Shown one piece after another: positions 1 through 14,400 of a DNA stretch of 64,000 bases (positions within the stretch are counted from its first letter, which is position 1; the number at the start of each line of letters is the position of its first letter). A program made the translations under genes and the position numbers. Below the pieces are notes generated by a model. It saw only the letters and a program-made list of their open reading frames with translations. It did not search any database and was not told the origin of the DNA. This stretch comes from Paragordius varius (taxonomy: Eukaryota; Animalia; Nematomorpha). The stretch is taken from assembly GCA_964247055.1 (NCBI GenBank), contig OZ176056.1, forward strand, positions 6,882,001 to 6,946,000. Reading direction: 5' to 3'.

Positions 1-668
1 GTATTTTTTTTTAAATTTTTTTATCAGGACAGGTATTTTTCCAAATTTTCATACTCCTATAAAAGCTTTCTAGCGCTAAATCATTTTAGACTAAAGTAAA
101 CTTAGAATTTTTAATAAATTACTGAATGAAACGTTCCCAATTTAAATTTATGCTTCTAATATCTAAATAAAATTTTGTTTTTAAAAAAAAGTTCCATATC
201 AAACTACTTTGACGACTTTATTTTACAAAATTTTTGCATATCGTCTTCATTTAATTTTGAAGCTAAAATTACGGCTAATTTTTTATTTAAATTACATATA
301 ACATTGATAGAAATAGAAAAAGCGGTATATTTTATAATATTTTTATTTTACCATACACGTTGACTAAATCCTTACTTTTCGATTTTATCTTAAAATATCA
401 AGTATTTTTGAATAATTTTTTATATATTTTCGTATATTAATGTTATATAAGTGCAAATTGTTGCCATGGCTTTGTTTCCTTTTTTAAAGAATTTAATTTT
501 AAACAGGCCTGGTATATTTAATTACCCCAATTTGAATCGAAGGACTGAAATGAATGTGTTGTATCCAAGTGTTAAATAGAAATATCCTACCATTATATTT
601 TGGTATTGGTTTCATATTTAAATTTATTTAATGATTTAATTTAACAATTATTTTTTCGCTTATAATAG

Positions 669-2551
669 ATATCCTTCAAGAATTTAATGAATCCTTAGGG
701 CACAAAAATCTGTACTCCACTGATAATAACGATAAAAATTATGTTCACATAGAATCCAAAAATAGACGAATAATAACACCAAATGAGAAACAAATTGAAC
801 ACAGCCCAAAACTAAACTTTTGCGACATTTCTTTTAAGCACGAAAGTGACTTTCGTGCATATCTTTATAAACTTGGGCTATCTGACGGTTGTAGAGATCA
901 TATAGTTGGTCAATCTTTACCCATTGAATCGAATGGCGATCAATTGAATAAAAGTAATATGAAATTACGGCTATAAAACTTTACATGATTAACTTTTTAC
1001 ACACTTATTTATTTGGTTTTGTAACTCTTTACTAAAAATAATTTGTTTTTATAATATATCTATTGTTTATCCTATTTATTACTTGTGACTTCTAAACATT
1101 AATTTACTCTATTTTACCATTAATTTTAAATTAACGCTCTAAAATTTTATATGCATTCAAGATTTACAACAATATTTTGTGTTTCTCTTGACATAGTTTA
1201 TTATTTTACTCTATTATTAGAAAATTCATAAATGTTAAAAATTATACGTAATTTTCGATTGTGCGTGTTTCAATAATTTTTTAATTTTTATAACGGGTAA
1301 TTTTTATCCAAAGAATATTATTATATATATTGAAAGTCTTATTAAATTTTTTAATAAGCAAACTAAATTAACAAACAAAAAACATTGTTAAGAATTAATT
1401 TAGCACACATCAAATATTTTTTTGAGTAAATTTGAAGTTCAGAACAATATGAAGTATAAATAAGTGTATATTACAAAACCTTTGAAATTGATCCTGATAT
1501 ACTACAAACTAATTTTTCAGCTAAATTTTTTACCCTTTTATTTATCATCAATAATATATTTTTGTAATCTAAATATTCACTCCTTGGGGGAGTTTTATAT
1601 CTTAAAGCGATTTGAAATTTGAATATCTCTAAAGCATTTAAGGTATTTAGCCTAATTCGAAAATTTGCCTTTTAGGCATTATATAATTTTTTTTAAAAAA
1701 ATGTAAATATGTAAAAAATCCCCAGCTCAAACTTGCCACCATTTTATTCTCTAAAACATTTCAATTGCTAATGCAGCAGGAAAATAAATTTTATTATGGT
1801 AAATGTAAATATTTAACTTTGGAAAGCTTTCAGAGTGCATATTACCAGTAAAAACTTGATATATTTGGATTTCATGTTTTTTAGTTGTCCCAATATTAAA
1901 CCCTAGAATTCACAAAAGTGTAAAAATATAAGCTTTTCATCTTATCCATATAAACAATGTTGGATAATTAAATTTTAACTAAAATAACTTTTAATCTGTA
2001 GTTGATTTACAAAATTGAGCTCTGCTACCCCAATATGTAAACTGGGACGGAGTGAAAAGGTAATGAAAGTGTTAAAATTATTTGTTAATAATTTTTCCCT
2101 ATATAGTTAGTTTTACAAAGGGCTGCTATATTGGTCAAGAACTCACCAGCCGAACCCAAAATATTGGGGTAACCAGGAAACGTTTAATGCCAATCCACTT
2201 TTTATCAGAAGATAATTCAATCAACACTACCATTAAAGAGTAAAACATTTTGAATTTTTTTCAAAACATTCATATAAAAAAATTATAATTGATATATCAA
2301 TTAAAGAAGTAGGATGGATACATGTGCAAAATTATACGTTAACTTTTAACGTATGTATAATAAAAACATTGATGGATGAAAATCGAATATTTTTATTAAA
2401 TTTTGAGTTATATATACGGCATAATTTTTATATGTCATAAAGTAATCAGATCATTTTAATACATAATATTTTCTTTGCTTAAATTTGACTAACGTTATAT
2501 TTAAATGGATTGTTGTGTAATAATTATGTGAATCCACAATTTAATACAGAG

Positions 2552-2607
<56 letters not shown>

Positions 2608-3409
2608 AAACAATCAAATATTAATTTTTTATTTAATTTTCAAGGTATCCCAATATAACTCCGAATTCTATAATATATGGAACGCCTAAAAATATAAATA
2701 CAAATTCAAATGGCACACCTAATGCTCAGCGCATCAAATGTGGCGTTGCACGTTCCTGGCCACATTCAAATCCTTATGGTTTGGGCTTACTTAGAATTTT
2801 TGAGAGGTATTTTTACCATATAGAATTCTTTTATCGCAAAGGTAAATAGTAAATTCCCTCAAAACCTTACTTACAATATGCCTTTTACAGATATGATTAA
2901 ACCTATAAACAAAACATTTTATGCTAATTATCATGTAATTTAATTTTTTTAAACAATGTCCTACTTATTAAGTTGTGATCGTTTAAATTTGAGGATACTT
3001 TCCCACATAAATAAATTATAAAATTTATTTAAATATAATTTTGTATAATATTGAATATAATATATTATTATACAAACAGGAACTAAACTATAATTGAATA
3101 TTTATTATTTAATTTTTTCGAAAAAAATTATGATACGGATAATTAGCCAGCGATTTTTTTCAAAATGGCATTGGAAACAAAATCCACTCTATTTTAAAAG
3201 ATATGAATATTGACAAATTTTTATATCCGATTAGAATTTTTTAAAAAAGACAACTTTATTTTTCAAAAATTAATTTTTAAAATCGTCTATTTTATTTTTA
3301 TCAAATGTTTAGCCTTAACTGTGATTTGATCGTCGAAGATATAGAAACAAAACAATGTTATCCTATTGCTACACATATACCGGATTGGTGGACTATTAAC
3401 ATACCTTGA
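669..3409 (+). CDS. IBA57: IBA57/CAF17 (YgfZ-family) mitochondrial Fe-S cluster assembly factor, 5'-incomplete
   Basis: Exons 669-953, 2107-2239, 2645-2806 and 3313-3409 have GT-AG boundaries and consistent phases. They translate to ...[34 protein letters not shown]|[30 protein letters not shown]...YGLGLLRI...[20 protein letters not shown] is the YgfZ/IBA57 signature and PDWW is the typical C-terminus. Upstream exons were not resolved. Confidence 0.9.
2554..2604. repeat. (TA)n microsatellite in an IBA57 intron
   Basis: Uninterrupted TA dinucleotide run of about 50 bp. Confidence 0.95.
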
Positions 3410-5439
3410 TATTTAATTCAAATAAATTTATGAAACGATGAATGTTATTTTGAAGCTTATAAACACATAAATGCCTTTTATTAAACAATTTACCATTCAA
3501 TTATATTTGGAAATGCTACCTTTGATAACTAGTTTAATTTGAATAAAAATGATTTTAGAATTTAGGATAAATATTAAGTTATATCAGACAAAATTTTAAA
3601 ATATATTGAAATTAGTAATTATTTATATTTGTTAGCTGAGATAAGATAAGAATCCAAAATATAATAAAATGAACACAGGAGGATCGAAACCAATGTTTAG
3701 AAAACCAAAGAATATTTTGCATTTTAGAACTAACATTTATGAATTTTCAAAAATTTAAAATATACCATGCAAAATAATTGTCATTTACATTATATCAAAT
3801 TGTATGGATATGTATTTTTGCTAAATTTTCATTACTTTTCTGGGTTAAAAAAGCACACCGTACAAAATTAAAGGCTTTAAAATCGTAAGTAATGAGAAAA
3901 AATGCATCAGATTTCGCCGTTTATTTTGGGCTTAAGAGCCATTTAAGTTATTATTTAACTTGGCTGACATCAAAGGAAAAGTCGGAAAAAATCCTCATAT
4001 TATTAAATATTTTTGTAACTGAAGCCCAAGCCATTTTGTTATAATATAATTAAAAAAACAATATTTATACAAATGGAAATAACTCTCTTAAATGATTCAT
4101 AAGTCCCAAAAAACATCCTTAGTATCCTGTTATATATTAGTTATATCCCAAGGTTAATCATAGGTCATTACCGCTTTAACTAATAGAATGACTCACCAAA
4201 AAATACACACGATTATTTTCACGGACGCCATTTTATTTATCTCACATTATACGACAAACACATAAATGGCTCTGATGTCGAATATTATGTCTGACAAGCA
4301 AGATTTGCGGCAAGAAGAAACATATGATGTATCTATCGATTACAACATATGAAACGTGGTTTTGGAAAATTTAAAAGTTTTTTTAACCTAAAATGACAAT
4401 GGTCGCTCTGATGGACCACACAACAGCGAAGATAAAGTGTAAATGTTATTTGCAATAAACAGTTATCTTGTTTTGAATGCGGCCCCTGACATATTGGCAG
4501 AAGTAGCCCTTGTGAAAAATTACATAATTTGTTTTCAAATAAACGCATACTTTACCTCTTAACTTAATTCAACCCATTTTTTAATTATATTATACGCTAT
4601 TTTGTAACAATAAAACCGATTTAAACGCATAAAATATTATAAAAACAACTTATTCGACATACGATGCCAAGGATAAGTATATCAAATTTTTAAAAATTTC
4701 TTTCTTATAAATATTATATGTAATTGGCTTTTATATTTTAAGGAGAATAATGCTGAAAGTCTAATTTATTAACTAAAATGAAATTATTACTAATATAATG
4801 CTAAACAGTAAAACGAATAATATATGTATATCTATATTAATCAAAAAAATAAATAAGAACATACAAGATTAAAATTATAAAAATAGGAAGGAAATGTTAT
4901 TGGAAAAATAACACTGTTGTGCCATGCTAAATATGGAGGACAACTCTAAATATTTCAAATAAAAATCACAATAAAAATTTAAAGATACATCAGTGAAAGT
5001 TGCGCATATATATAATTATAAAAAAGATAGGTGCTATGCAAAACTGTTGGTTAGTAAACAATAAAATGTTCTTAATATATGTAAAGAATTGTTTGATTAT
5101 TATAAAATATGTAATTAATTAATAAAAACATGAAAATCGCAAACCATAATATATCTTTTTGCATAAAACATTATCGATGCGAATATCAAAAAGGTTAAAA
5201 TTTTGAGAAAACTGCAAAACATTTATTAAAAAACACCAAAAATACCAACACCATAAAAATTATTAACAATTTGCGGTTAAATTTCCAAGTGAACCAATAC
5301 ATTTTATAAATATATATATGGTGATGATGTTAAAAAAGTGTTAGTGTAAAAATATTGATAAACATATAAATTATAAATTTGAGTAACAAATGCAAAAATC
5401 AAATAATATGAGCAACGGACTACTTTCGAAGGATCATCC

Positions 5440-8400
5440 TTAAAACATCATAAGACTCAATTTGTTTTCTTCTAAGAAAATAATAAAAATTATATAACCA
5501 AATGGCACTTATCCTATTTAGGACCTTAACATAACTATTTTTTCCCGTGAATCATTTTTATTTTTAAAAATACGTCCTAGCAATATAAAATTAGTTCAAA
5601 TGGTAAAAAATAAATTTGAGGCGATTTTTGGCAAACTAATCCATATAAAAAGTATCCACCTAAAATGTGTAAATACTTAAAAAATTATATATTTTATAAC
5701 TAATTATTTAATAAATATCAACAATTTTGGTTTACTAATCATTTACTGTCATCGCAAAAAAATTATTTTTCCAACCCAAACACTGATAAGCATAGTATTA
5801 TTAAAAATTCTTACCTTTCCTCGCATTTCTCATGAGCGGTTTATGCGTATTTGTCATAAAACAGCCCGAATTGGGATCCTTGTTAGCTACTTCATGGTGA
5901 TAATACCAGCAACGTTCACAAAAATATTTGAAACACATCATATCGCGACAAAAATAATTCCCGGCCCTAACCTTACATATGCTGCAAAAGGCATCTTCGA
6001 GATACGGATCTATTTGAATCTACATAGCCCCCAAAAAAATGTATATACATATATACATATATAAGTAAAATATTAGATTTTTGAACAAACAATATAGTAT
6101 TTACATACATTACTCAATGTGACTTTAGCGCATAAATATGGATATATAAAAAGTGTTAGGGTACAAAGACATCTTTGTATCACACCAATAATTAACTTTC
6201 AATAATTGTTTAATTTTTTACCATAAGCTTTTATTAAAGTTCACAAATGCGCGTAAATTTACCATTTAAAATACATTCTACTGAACGAATTTAATACAAT
6301 CCATAATATAAATTATTTTATTAATCATACAACTTTACAAAAAACAAGATAAACAATATTTAGATATTATAAACTCATATCCAATTAAAAGTTTACTCGC
6401 TTAACAAATTTGGGTGTTTTGACTTCGACGAATGCGGCTGCTACGGCTTTCATATAACTTTTGTGATTACTAAATGTAACACGACCAGATCCTATGTAAA
6501 ATAAATATAACCAAAGCTATATAAAAAAATTTAAGAACAAAAGTATTTTAAAAATTAATTAATAATTCGTATTATTAATATAAATTAATTTAAATATAAA
6601 TCTTTTTGGATCATGATGATATTTTTACTATTTTGAAAATTTTACATTATCGATTTGTTTAACATAAAATTATTTTTGAATGCAAGTTATCAATCAATTT
6701 ATCTATACACTTGAACTAAACTCCAAGATAGATATATGTTTTAATTCATATTTCAATGAAAAATAGATATCTGATGGAAATAAAGTTTTCAATATAATAA
6801 TTTCCTTGTATAAACCCCCTTAAAATTTAAAAGCGTCTATTTATAATACCTATGGGGTATTTAAACTTATCCGTATCAACGCCAGCGTACACGACACCCC
6901 CAAACAAATCATTCATAACACAAGCCAAGCCCTCGGCATTAAGCAAGCCATGTAAAGCGCCCACAAAAACTGTTTTACAAGGATCAAGCCTTTGGGATGG
7001 TTGTCTTATGAAATTTGTATCACTAATTACCCATGGTATGACTTGAACCTAGAGGGATGTATTATTAGTTATAAATACAGTGTTTTTTAACCATTTTTAT
7101 TTTTTTCCATATTTTAATTAATTGCATTAGATTTATTTTTTTATCCATTAAGGATGTGTATGAATATAACAATATATATATAAATTTTGGAGAATTTAAT
7201 TTTTATAGCTATTACTATATTTTAAGTATATTTTTTTTAAAAAATCTTGACAATACCTGATACAAAAATCGAGTTTTAATAAAATTCATTTTTAATTCTA
7301 CTTTTTAACACATCTTCGCCATTACCCACATATGTTAAATAAGAACTAAAAAAATGGATTTAAGAATTTTTGAAAATACACATGCATGTGTGAAAAAAAA
7401 CATATAGTAAAAATAAAATTATAAAATATTAAAACAAAATGTTTTTTTGGGTTGTAAAGAATGAAAATAGAGTTAATCTTAACCTCTTTACAGCGCATCC
7501 GTTTGCTTGAAACCTTGTAATACCAATCACCACCGTTTGAAAAATCATGAGTGCAGGCCTGTAGCAAACCCTTAACAGATTTATCCGAATCGAAAATTAT
7601 GTACACATAACCTATAAAAATATAATAATACTATTTACAACTCATATTCACCCTTAAACATTTAAAATTGCCTCTCGAACAATTCAAATTAACCCTTAAA
7701 CAATTCAAATTTACCCTAAAATAAATTATGTTTTTGAATAATAAAAATTATATATAAAACTTTAGGTAAGTAAAACATAATACTGAAAAATTATTAAACT
7801 ATGCCATAAAAAAATTATTAATAATGAGTTATATTAACCCCAAATTATTTATTTTTAGGGTATGAATTGTTTAAGGTTGAATATATATTGTTTTATGTGC
7901 CGTTAAGGTTTAAATGACATATTTATATGATTATACCATTTAAAACTCAAATTAACCCTTAAACGTTTCCGATTTATTGTAAAAAAGTGCGTATTTTTGG
8001 GTTAATTCAACTCTTTATTGATATTCACTAATTCTTTATTACATAATTTATTATTTTTTTGTATTATGTAAAATTTTTATTGAAAAAATCATAAAATATA
8101 GGTATTTTTTTATATTTATAAAAGAAAAATTTATTTTTGAATAAAAATCAAATCTTCCAGGGTTTTGAAATATTCATAGGTAAATATGAGATGTAAAGGA
8201 TATGTAAAATATATAAGCATTGTTATAATTTATAAAGAAAAAACGACTTATGAAAAATTATGCACATTTGACCAGTCAACATTTCATACATATGTTGATC
8301 ACGCAGTATAACACATATATTATAATAAGATAATTAGTTTTAGATAATCATAGAGGAAGGGGTATTTTCCCTTAATTTAAACGCTAATGAAATTTTTTAA

Positions 8401-11400
8401 CTGCGAATTTTTATTCCAAATTCTGCCCCTATTAAACCCCAAATATTAAAATGCAGCTATCCGTGAAAACATTTTACGTTGGGCTGGTCACATCCACAAA
8501 GTCCAAGACTTAAAGTGGATAAAGCTATACAACAATCATATTCAACTAATAATAAAAATAAAAAAGTAGACCTCATAAAATTTGGCAATCCATTCATTAA
8601 TCAAAAAGAAAATAGTGTTTATATATCATTTCATTATTTGGCCTATATGATAGAAATATTTTTGAGTTTTTTTTAACTGCTCATGATGTTAAATCATTTC
8701 TTATTCACAACTGCCACTCCATTTTCCTTATTATTATCTCAGTAAATTTTTTTAAAAATTTCATAAAAGTTGCAACCTTTTGGCGGGTAACGCGGATGTA
8801 TAGTTTCCTTTCCTGGCCATTCCACCCGCAAATTTCCAAACGGTCTAAATGCCGACAACAAGCCAATTTCAGTAATGTCCCAGGGTACACCTCCCAAAAA
8901 TATTTTGGGCGAATAAATTGGATTCTTATACAAACGTGGTGGTAACTGACCGCTCCAGGTAAATGAGGCATCTGATATGGCTAATGATTGATTTTTATTT
9001 CAAATGTATGTATTGTTTAAAATAAGGGGCTATTAAAGTGAAAAAAAACGTATATTTTGAAGCTGAAGCTTTATAATTGAATTAAAATTGTGTTACCGAT
9101 ATCCTCGTTAGATTTTATGTGGTATCGCTTAAAGTTTTTAGCAAAAGTTTTCTTGAAGATTGAAAAAAAAATTGGATTTTATAAAAAGTTCAAAAAAATT
9201 CTTATTAATCCAATAAAAATATGGGAATTTCAGGCCCATTTTGTAGTATGTATATAGGATTTTTCTCTTATATCAAATGATATAGGATTTACATTTATGC
9301 CTCAAAATTCTTGAACAACTCATATTTACCCCAAAAATAAAATATGTGTTTTTGGGCTTAACTCATCATTAATTAAAAATATTTCTTTATGACATAATTT
9401 ATTATTTTTCTGTATTATGTTAATTTTAAACGAAATTTGGTTTTTAAAATTAAGGTGGATTCTAAATGTTTAAGGGTAAATTTATATTGTTCGAGGGTAA
9501 ATTTGACGTGTATAAATGGTATAAATTTAATTTTTTATACAAATATACATTCATAATATTATACCCGCAGCATTTTTATACAGTTTAGCAATTTGTTCAA
9601 CACCGTACGGGGAAGTTGGTTCACTCAAGTTGTTATTATTATTGCTGGTCATCATTTCATTATTAAGGCTAATATTATTAACATTATTATTGTTAAAACT
9701 ACTGTTTGTAACATTAGTTCCAGTGTGATTAATATTATCAAAGTAAAAATTTGAACCATTATTGTTACCATCTAACAAAGGATCAAAAGCGTTTTGAGCA
9801 AAAAAGGCCATCCCATCCACATTTCCTTCAAGTGCTTCATTAAAGGATTCTAACAAATTGTGAAAAAAATCGTAATTTTTTTTAAAAATAACTTAAAACA
9901 ACACAATTTTGGAAAAATATGTATAAATCCGAGCCTAGATAAATAATATTAAGTAAATATTATGTAATTTCAAGTTAAACAAATGGAGTAACATTCAATC
10001 TTATTGTCTCATTATGCGCTTAGAGTGCATGCATGAAAAATTTATTTTAGCGTTTATTTTTATGTATAAGTTAATCGGAATACGTAACAACACTTTAATT
10101 AAAAGACCCCTAATTAAAAAAGTTTAATCTGTGATTTTAACAAAAAATTAAAGCTCTAAAGTACTGTTATTGTTATGCGGAAAAACATTTCCAAAAATTT
10201 GACTAACGCATACCAAAGGCCTGGCCTTCATTCGCATAGTAAAATGGATTGGTTGGTGCAATTGTCGCGTTTGAGGCACCAAACGTTTGTACATTGGTAA
10301 AAACATCATTTTCCAAATCTGCCCCATCATTCACATTATTGTTATTATTGCTGCGATTTCTTATCGTCGCCATTTCTCCAATATACGGGTCATCGCCGCT
10401 CATGGTTTGTACGGCTTCATTAACACGGTCAAGTGAGTTATTACGGCCCGCTTGTGTGTGTGTTAACATAACAAAACGAGATTATGTTTTAATAAATTAT
10501 TAAAACTTTTGGAAAAAAATAGTGCAACGGCGTATACTTATGTAATTAATATGGTGCAAAATATGTGAAAAAGGGTAACCAATATAGACCAGTTCACCTA
10601 ATATTGCCCGATTGTGGAAATTATACATGGCACATTCACAAATGCTTTTAAATCATATACTATTAAATGATATTGTATTAGGGTTGGATTTTAGCATGAA
10701 AAAAATAAACGGTGAAACCGCTTAGAGTAAAATAACTTTTTTTTCAAATCTTTAATTATACCACGTGATAAACATGTTAATCATTAGTGGTCATTTAAAA
10801 GTGATCAGTCGCGTTCATTATTAGATGTTTTTATTCATGCATTTTAAATTTCAGTTGAAATTTGAAAATTGAATGTGCATTCTAATTAAGATGAATTAAT
10901 TCAGTTTATAGCTCTAATCACTGTAATTTATATCAAATAAATAAAAGAATTACAAACGGGCAAGGCCCCCAACCCAAAATTAAAACATTATATATAGTTA
11001 GACTTTTATTCTGCATGGTATGTTATGTAGTATAAGTTATCAATTTTTTTTGTAAAAAAAAGAATGAATAAATACTTGTAGTTTGTTGCCCTTTAGTATT
11101 GTGATCATTCATACGCATTTGAGACATAATGAGGGCATTTAAGAGGGCCAATTTTTTGTCTTGAACCATTTTATCATTCCATTGATTATTACTTCCGGGT
11201 GTCGTATTGCTGGCTGTGTCTAAAATATAAATTTTTTGATCATACACAGTAAAAATGGTATTTATATACAGACAAAATGTAAAAACATAAAGACAAACAT
11301 TTTTTTCCATACGGCAAAACGTAATTTTTATAAATAGAGCTCATTGTTTCATACTACAAAGTATGCAATAGAGATGTAAATTGAAAACACAATGAATATA

Positions 11401-14400
11401 TATATATATATTTCATATTAGTAATAGAATTTTAAGAATTGTTGCCTAAAAATAAAAATTGTTTTTATTTCTTACGTTTTGTCTGTATAATTTCAATTTT
11501 TACTGTAAAGATAAATATTTATCAATTTAAAAAATACTGATTTTTAGTTTTTCCATTTTTATAAATATACACTTTAAACTGAACTGTTTAAGATGCGGCC
11601 CTCTGAGACATTTAATACGCCCCACATAAATGCTATATTCCACAAGTTACAAAATTATAATAAAATTGATTTACCATTTACAGTTCAAATTCACCCTTGA
11701 AAAATTCAAAATCACCCTCAACTATTCAAATTCACCCTTGAATTTACCCTGGAACAATTTAATTTCACCCTTGAACAATTCAAAATCACCCTCGAACAAT
11801 TCGAATTCACCCTAAAAAGATTATGTGTTTTCGTAATATAACTCATTTGAAATATATCTTTATGGCATTGTTTATTATTTTTTTCAATATTATTTTTATT
11901 TTAAACAAAATTTTTATCTTTTGGAACTATAAAATATATTGATAATTTTTATTAAAAAACATATATTATTGAGGGTGACGAATTGTTCGAGCGTGAATTA
12001 GGATTGTTTAAGAGTGAATTTGAATGGTTAAAGGGTGAATTTGAATTGTAAATGGTGTATTGACGATATATATTGGTGATTAACGTTTGAGTCCAAAATG
12101 CGGCTACGAAACTCCTGATTTAAAACAATGTTTTGGTTAATATGTTGTGGTATATTTATTTCAATGTTATACATAACTTATAATAACTATTCAAAAAAAT
12201 TATTATTTAAGTAATAACAAAAAATAAAAGCAAATTAATTTTAATGTTTTCCCCCCATAAAAAGAACCATATAAAATAAATAACTTGAATTTAACATTTA
12301 TAAAATAACAAATCCCCGTTATTACATCTAACTTTTAGAATATAAGGTTTTACTTTAACTATTTATAATTATCCATTTATGTGCGAAGAATATCAAAATT
12401 TTCACTACTTACCTATATATCTTTTATGATATCAACTGGAAAATTTTTGCATTTATAAAATTATGTAATTAATTAATGTGAAAAATGTTAACTAAAATAT
12501 CCACTGACCAGATATACATTTCTTTAAATAGCTTAAATGTTTTCCCAATGAAAGATATATGCAAACTTTCAAAAACATACCAGAATTATTTGAAATGGGG
12601 GCCCAATTTGAAGGGCGGACATTGGCATACGTTATGGGTATGTTATAATTGGTGTAAGCCGATTTCTTTGATTGATGATTATTGGGTTGATAACAATTGT
12701 AATTGTTTGTACTATTGTTGGCTACAACATAGTTTTTATTGTACATGGCAGGTTTTTGCCCCATACTGTATTTCCTTGGAACTTTTGTAGCAGTAATAGA
12801 GTTGCCCTTATCATCCGTAAGGTCTCCGCTATCGTTAAGGGAGGACCAATTCGAAAATGAAGATGATTTGAGAGATAAGTTGTGCTGAAATTGAAATATT
12901 TAACATTTAAATATAAATGCAAAAGCCACAAAAAATTATAATACAGTAAATTAATTTCCCTCATAATAAACACATTTGTGTCAAGAAAAATATGACGTAT
13001 AATAAATAGTGACTCTTTTTATAATTAATTAATTGATATTTTTAATTTCAAACATTTAATTTAAAAGCCACAGAACTAATTTCAAAATCGGGGTATCGCA
13101 TGATCAGCATCTATTTATTTATCATAGGGATTTATTAGGGGGTCACTATAGGGGATCCATTGTGAACCCCTAATTACAAGCTCTGAGGATTATCATGATT
13201 TGATGATAGGACTTTGAATTTTGAAAATAAATGGTTAGACATAGGCGCTTTTCCTTTTGCATCAATTTTTTTTATAAATTTGGTGGGATATTCATTATTG
13301 AATATACTAATATGGGACAAATTTACAAGGTTTTTAAAACAGTTTAAAGGTAAATTTGACTAGGGGTTTTAAAATTTTCAAAAAATACCCATTATTTCCT
13401 TGAGATAAAACAATGTATGCTTAGTTCAATACGATAACGTAGAAAAAATGGATGGAAATAAAAAGTTTTCTTACCAAAATAGCGCACAATTCCTTATCGG
13501 ACACAAGTGAACTAGTTCCTGAACTTATAAAACTAGTTTCATCCTGCCCATTTGCGGGTGACATCTGCTTTTCATTTATTGAAACGTTTTTATCTTCGAT
13601 ACTGGAACTTTCGTCACCTAATACCATAAAAAATCGGTCCAATTACCATTTTTGTCGATCCATATATACTTTAAATACTTATTTTTTAAGTTAATTGAAT
13701 TAGAAAAATATTTTTACAGATAAACACAATACATTTGTTGAAACTCTGCATCTTCAATTAGAAATTCTAAATAAATGTGGGTTATAAAAAATGCCGCTTT
13801 ATAAAAATTGTTTTTCAATAAAAAAGGTGACTAAAAGTGAACCATTTATCTGAGCCGCAGAAAGTTTAGCACTTTTTGGTGTTAAAGGGGAGTTGCTATC
13901 CTTAACACTTTTTTGTTCGGGTTTCCCTAAATTGGCATTAATTAACAATTGTTCCAACAAAGTTTGAGCCAATGCTATATTATTATTGTTAATATCATTA
14001 TCAGTTTTATTTTCATTTGAATTATTTGAGTTTATGCCATTTCTTGTTACGCACCGGGAAGCTTTGTATTCAACATTTTTTTCGTCGCTTTTTCTGACTG
14101 CATTATCAGAGTGTATCGTTTTGGGACAAAGCTTGTTTGCACGCAATTTTCCTTGTTCGAATTCGTTTAGCAAAAAAGCCAACTTTGAGCTATCGAATTG
14201 ACTCTCCGAAGTTATGAGGGATGGTGCAGTAGCTGATCCTACTAGCTCCGTGAAAGAAAATCCCTTATTTAACCCATCCTTTTTGGCGTCGTTTAATGGT
14301 TCTCCTCCATTCTTTAATGCTAATGAATTTTGTCCCAATATGGGTTTCGATGCATTGCTTTGAATAGATTTTTTGGAGTCATACTCACTATCAGCCCTAT

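Noticed and set aside
452-568. Open, exon-like segment as an upstream IBA57 exon
   Set aside because: Its 3' part (caggcct...ccaatttga.t.gaaggact...gtgttaaata) recurs in reverse orientation at about 54085-54165, so it is more likely a dispersed repeat.
669-677. ATATCCTTC as a second U12 donor
   Set aside because: It follows an AG acceptor and begins a stop-free exon needed for the IBA57 frame, and no matching branch site or AC was found.
4900-5439. CPE (UUUUAU) motifs for CPEB1 autoregulation in its 3'UTR
   Set aside because: Such motifs are expected at high frequency by chance at this A+T content, and the UTR end is unknown.
11630-11815. ORF with NNSKSP repeats, and likewise 17489-17806 (SWSLNN repeats)
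   Set aside because: They are open only because they run through 21-bp (3n) transposon arrays.
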